Shown here one piece after another: positions 60,714-64,000 of a DNA stretch of 64,000 bases. Both the position numbers and the translations under genes were made by a program. Where the stretch lies: the NCBI GenBank assembly GCA_964234715.1, contig OZ174289.1. The stretch is one strand, 5' to 3'. Source of the DNA: Podarcis melisellensis. Lineage: Eukaryota. The notes beneath the pieces are model-generated. The model saw only the letters and a list, made by a program, of their open reading frames with translations. It had not been told where the DNA came from and ran no database searches. Position 1 is the first letter of the stretch, and each line of letters starts with the position of its first letter.

Positions 60714-62854
60714 TATATGTAACAGAAAGAAAAAGTGTCCTATTTTATGCCTCTAGGGTGAATTGAAGTGGCTACTTTTTCCCCAGCACCCAAAGGAAGA
60801 ACCACATGAATTTAGGCGGGTTATTTTTTTCCTTTTTGAGGGAGTGGAGGGGGAACAGAGGAGGAGGGGTGGTACTGGGAAATGAAAACAACTGGGGAAG
60901 GGCAGAGAAGGGCCAGTGTGCATTTTTGGGAAGTGGGAAGCTTTATCTCAGATGCTGAAGTTTTGAAAGAGAAAATTAAAATATTTTCTGTGAAGTCAAA
61001 CAGATTGACTTTCATGGAATCATCATTCAAATTAACATGCATAGTCAGAAATGTGCAGCCTTGTTTAGATTTCCTGTGTTCGTTTTGTTTAAAAAAATTA
61101 TGTGGAATTGACTTTACTTCACTGGAGTGGTCTAATCAGAGGAAAGAGGGACTCAACTGGCTTTTGGGGTGCTGGGTAGGGGCTCGCTCACTTCCTTTTA
61201 GGAAAATATATAAGTTTGTGTTCATTGTTAGTGCTTCTGAAAGTGGACCCAATGAAATTAATAGAAGTAAATTGATCATGTATATTGATTTCAAAGGGTG
61301 TTTTCCTAGTAGGACTAACAAATACAATCCACAGCACTTAACACACCTGTCTGCGGCACATGTATGAATGGATGCTATTATTCCTTTGTTAGGGCAGAAC
61401 ACACACATATATAAAATGTAGCCTTGTATCTTTTTGAATTATTATTGACACCAAAGCACATAGCTGAAGTACTGGGAGCAGGGAGATGGCAGTGAACTGT
61501 GATTTGAATAGGCATTTCAAGCGACACTGATTATTTTTATATACAGTTTGTAATGGTTGATTCAGCATTAATCTTCCCAAATATTTTAACTTCTCTATAA
61601 ATAAATCTGTCAGTTTAGATAATAGGCAGAGAGGATAGAATATGGAACTCAGTCTAGATGGGCAACAAGCCATTGTGTCACTGAAGGGCTTTGGGCAAAT
61701 GGCTACTCTAAAAATGAGGATAACTAAGACCTACTTGACAGGGTTGTCATTAGGAGAAAGACAAATGAAAAAGTGATGTTGCCCACTCTGTGCCTTGGGA
61801 TACCATCTATAGATTAGTTCACTTGTCTGACTTCATTCAGAGGACTCAGGAAGGTGTGACCTTCTTGCAAAACTTGGGATTCGCTGCTGCAGAATGAGGG
61901 CACTGGGATTCATATCACTATCATGGACTTTATGTGAATTCCCTTGTGACACCTGCCTATTTCCAGTGGTTAAGTTATCAAAATCTGTATGGGTCTGGTT
62001 CAGGATACAATTTGCCCAGCTTGCAAATGTTTTGGGGTATCACAAATCTAATGTTGTTTCCTTGGAAAGTTTTTGTCCAACCTATAGTCTGGAATGAGAT
62101 TTTGTTCATCTGTGACCAGTCAGTTCACCCATGAAACACTAATCAATGCTCAGACAGAGCTATACAAACAAACTTGAAAGCTGTTTCTCAAAGATTGTGA
62201 AATGGTATAGTCCATGGATAGGGAACCTGTGGTCCTCCAGATATATATATATACATATATGTATTATTCTACTCCAAGTAGACCCATTGAAACTATAGGG
62301 CCTAAGTTAATCATGTCCATAATTTTCAGTGTGTCCCGACTCCAACCCCCATCATCCATAACCATTGGCTATGCTGGCTAGTGGCTGCTGGGTGTTGGAG
62401 TCCAACAACGTTTGGAGAACTGCAGGTTCAAGTGTAGTCCCTGAAATACAGGCACAGAGCACTGCTCAGAAAACTCACATTCCTTGGTTGAAAAATCCTA
62501 GATTCATCCTCTCACCCCTTGAGCAATGTTCAGTTTCATTCTGTCAAGTGAATGGTTTCCTCCACATCTAGGGAATGTCTGGTTCTTACTATGGGATGAA
62601 TCAATACATATCAAAATAATATCTTTCCTTCTCCTCTCCTCCTCTCCTTCTTTTGCCTCCCCTTTCTCCAGCCCTCAAACCTTTTAGCTCTAGCCCTGGA
62701 AATGTGCCTGTGTATCTCTCCAGTGGCGTAAGATGCGGTGAAGTTGCACAATATTTCCCCTTTGTGTTCCTCCACAAGCCATTTCCCCAGTGGTCTGCCT
62801 TTCCTGCCTGGACTTGGAACCTCACCTTTGTTGTGTTCCTGTGTTGTCGCTTAG

Positions 62855-63045
62855 GGAATTTGCCCGTTGGAAGGTGAGGAACACAGCCATCGAGCGGAGA
62901 GACCTGCTCCGCAATCCCGTCCCCCTGATGCCTGAGTTCCAGAGGAGCATCCGCCTGCTGGGCAGGAGGCCCACGACACAGCAGTTCATTGATACCATCA
63001 TCAAAAAGTACGGCACACACATACTCATCTCTGCTACTTTGGGAG
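62855..63045 (+). CDS. BRINP1: BRINP1 second coding exon (start of MACPF region)
   Basis: Acceptor TTAG ends at 62854; donor G|GTAAGT at 63045/63046; 191 nt. Translates (R)[63 protein letters not shown](G), containing the MACPF-type YGTH...GG motif. Phase matches the upstream exon (AG|G = Arg). Confidence 0.96.
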
Positions 63046-63479
63046 GTAAGTGGCAGTGAGGTTTGTACCTTTCCCACAAGGGTTTGGGGTAGGAGGTTGG
63101 TGAGTAAGGATGGGGGAGGATATTGGTTGTGTTTGCATTCCAAAGTGAAGTTAGCTGATTTTGCATTTCCTCAACATATGCACAATACAAAACACAGGTA
63201 TCCTATGAAATTCACACTGCTCCAGGCTTTGCAGCTCAGTTTTCCAACCAAATGATGTGTCTATTAAAGGAAAGTATGTATTATTAGTGAAAATAACAAA
63301 CAGAAAGGAATGTTACTAGAAAAAAAATGTACCGGTATGTAGTAGTTAAAACTTTAAACACAAATGTGTCTATAAGCAGGGAAAACTCCACTCATGATTA
63401 ATTTTTATGAGAATACTGTTGTTTGTTTGTTTGTTTTTAAAAAAACACATATTCAAGGGTGGGGGACCCACTGAGTTGG

Positions 63480-63858
63480 TCTGCCCTAGAAGACTGGTGG
63501 AATCCTGAATGCTCTTGGGGATTTTTCAGCTGACATGGCTGACACTCTTGTTGAGTCTCTTGTCTCACTGTGGAATGGTGAAATGTGTGGAGTCATTGAC
63601 ACAATTGCTCCTGAGTGCACTCATCATTGCTGTGGAGCACATAGGTCTCCTTGATATTCCTGTGACCTGCATGCCATGAAGCAGGAGGGTTGGTAGTAGA
63701 GTGCAGGTGGTATAGGACCCTGTCTAAACCTGACAAACATGAGTGAGGCTGCTTCACCGTGTCTACCACGTGGCAGTGTTGGCAGCAAAGCAAGCCTACT
63801 TCTCTGTCACCATTGCATCCCCAATTAGCTGTCTTTGTCACCCTTGTAAGTGGCATTT

Positions 63859-63906
<48 letters not shown>

Positions 63907-64000
63907 ACTCTGCTCGTTCTCAATTTCTCAATGGCTTTTGATGTTGTTGACCACAGTATCCTTCTGGAGCATCTCAGGGAGGTGGTGTTGGGGTTAATGT
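63480..64000 (+). mobile_element. Old L2 ORF2 fragments with a (GA)n microsatellite (63862-63903); runs off the window
   Basis: Peptides LWNGEMCGVIDTIAPE and LLVLNFSMAFDVVDHSILLEHL, similar to the L2 at 21680-23839. Confidence 0.7.

Larger units (their letters stand above)
31162..62854 (+). other. BRINP1: BRINP1 intron (GT-AG, phase 2, 31,693 bp)
   Basis: Lies between the two coding exons, whose spliced product reads continuously ...YKIYR-EFARWK... Confidence 0.9.

Noticed and set aside
60882-61367. 161-aa plus-strand ORF in intron 2
   Set aside because: No recognisable domain, includes a short repeat, and lacks compatible splice signals.
62601-63190. Minus-strand ORFs of 180 and 122 aa
   Set aside because: Antisense shadows of the BRINP1 exon.

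Overview
This window is vertebrate genomic DNA from a squamate lizard. The repeat set (Sauria/Squam1 SINEs, Squam3-type SINEs, L2, CR1, L1, Penelope, TA-flanked and hAT MITEs) points to a lacertid, which is an inference. The only host gene I can support is BRINP1 (DBC1/FAM5A, MACPF family) on the + strand. Its first coding exon is 30894-31161 (ATG at 30944) and the next coding exon is 62855-63045, joined by a 31.7-kb phase-2 intron. Sequence upstream of 30894 is probably intron 1, since no promoter or exon 1 is recognisable. Everything else is intronic, with many nested transposon remnants; nearly all ORFs in the supplied track are chance ORFs or LINE relics. I found no clear new multi-gene system. 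The best leads are: (1) a 170-bp Penelope-derived insertion with a 12-bp TSD, folded into a 126-bp palindrome centred on the hammerhead stem II; (2) a candidate frame-preserving 219-nt cassette exon in BRINP1 intron 2; (3) two uORFs in the last 40 nt before the BRINP1 ATG; (4) a near-identical 660-bp tandem duplication; (5) compensatory changes in the 3' stem-loop of two Sauria SINE subfamilies; (6) a 1.7-kb higher-order array built from a motif in both orientations. Family names come from recognition, not database searches. Repeat boundaries without TSDs are approximate.
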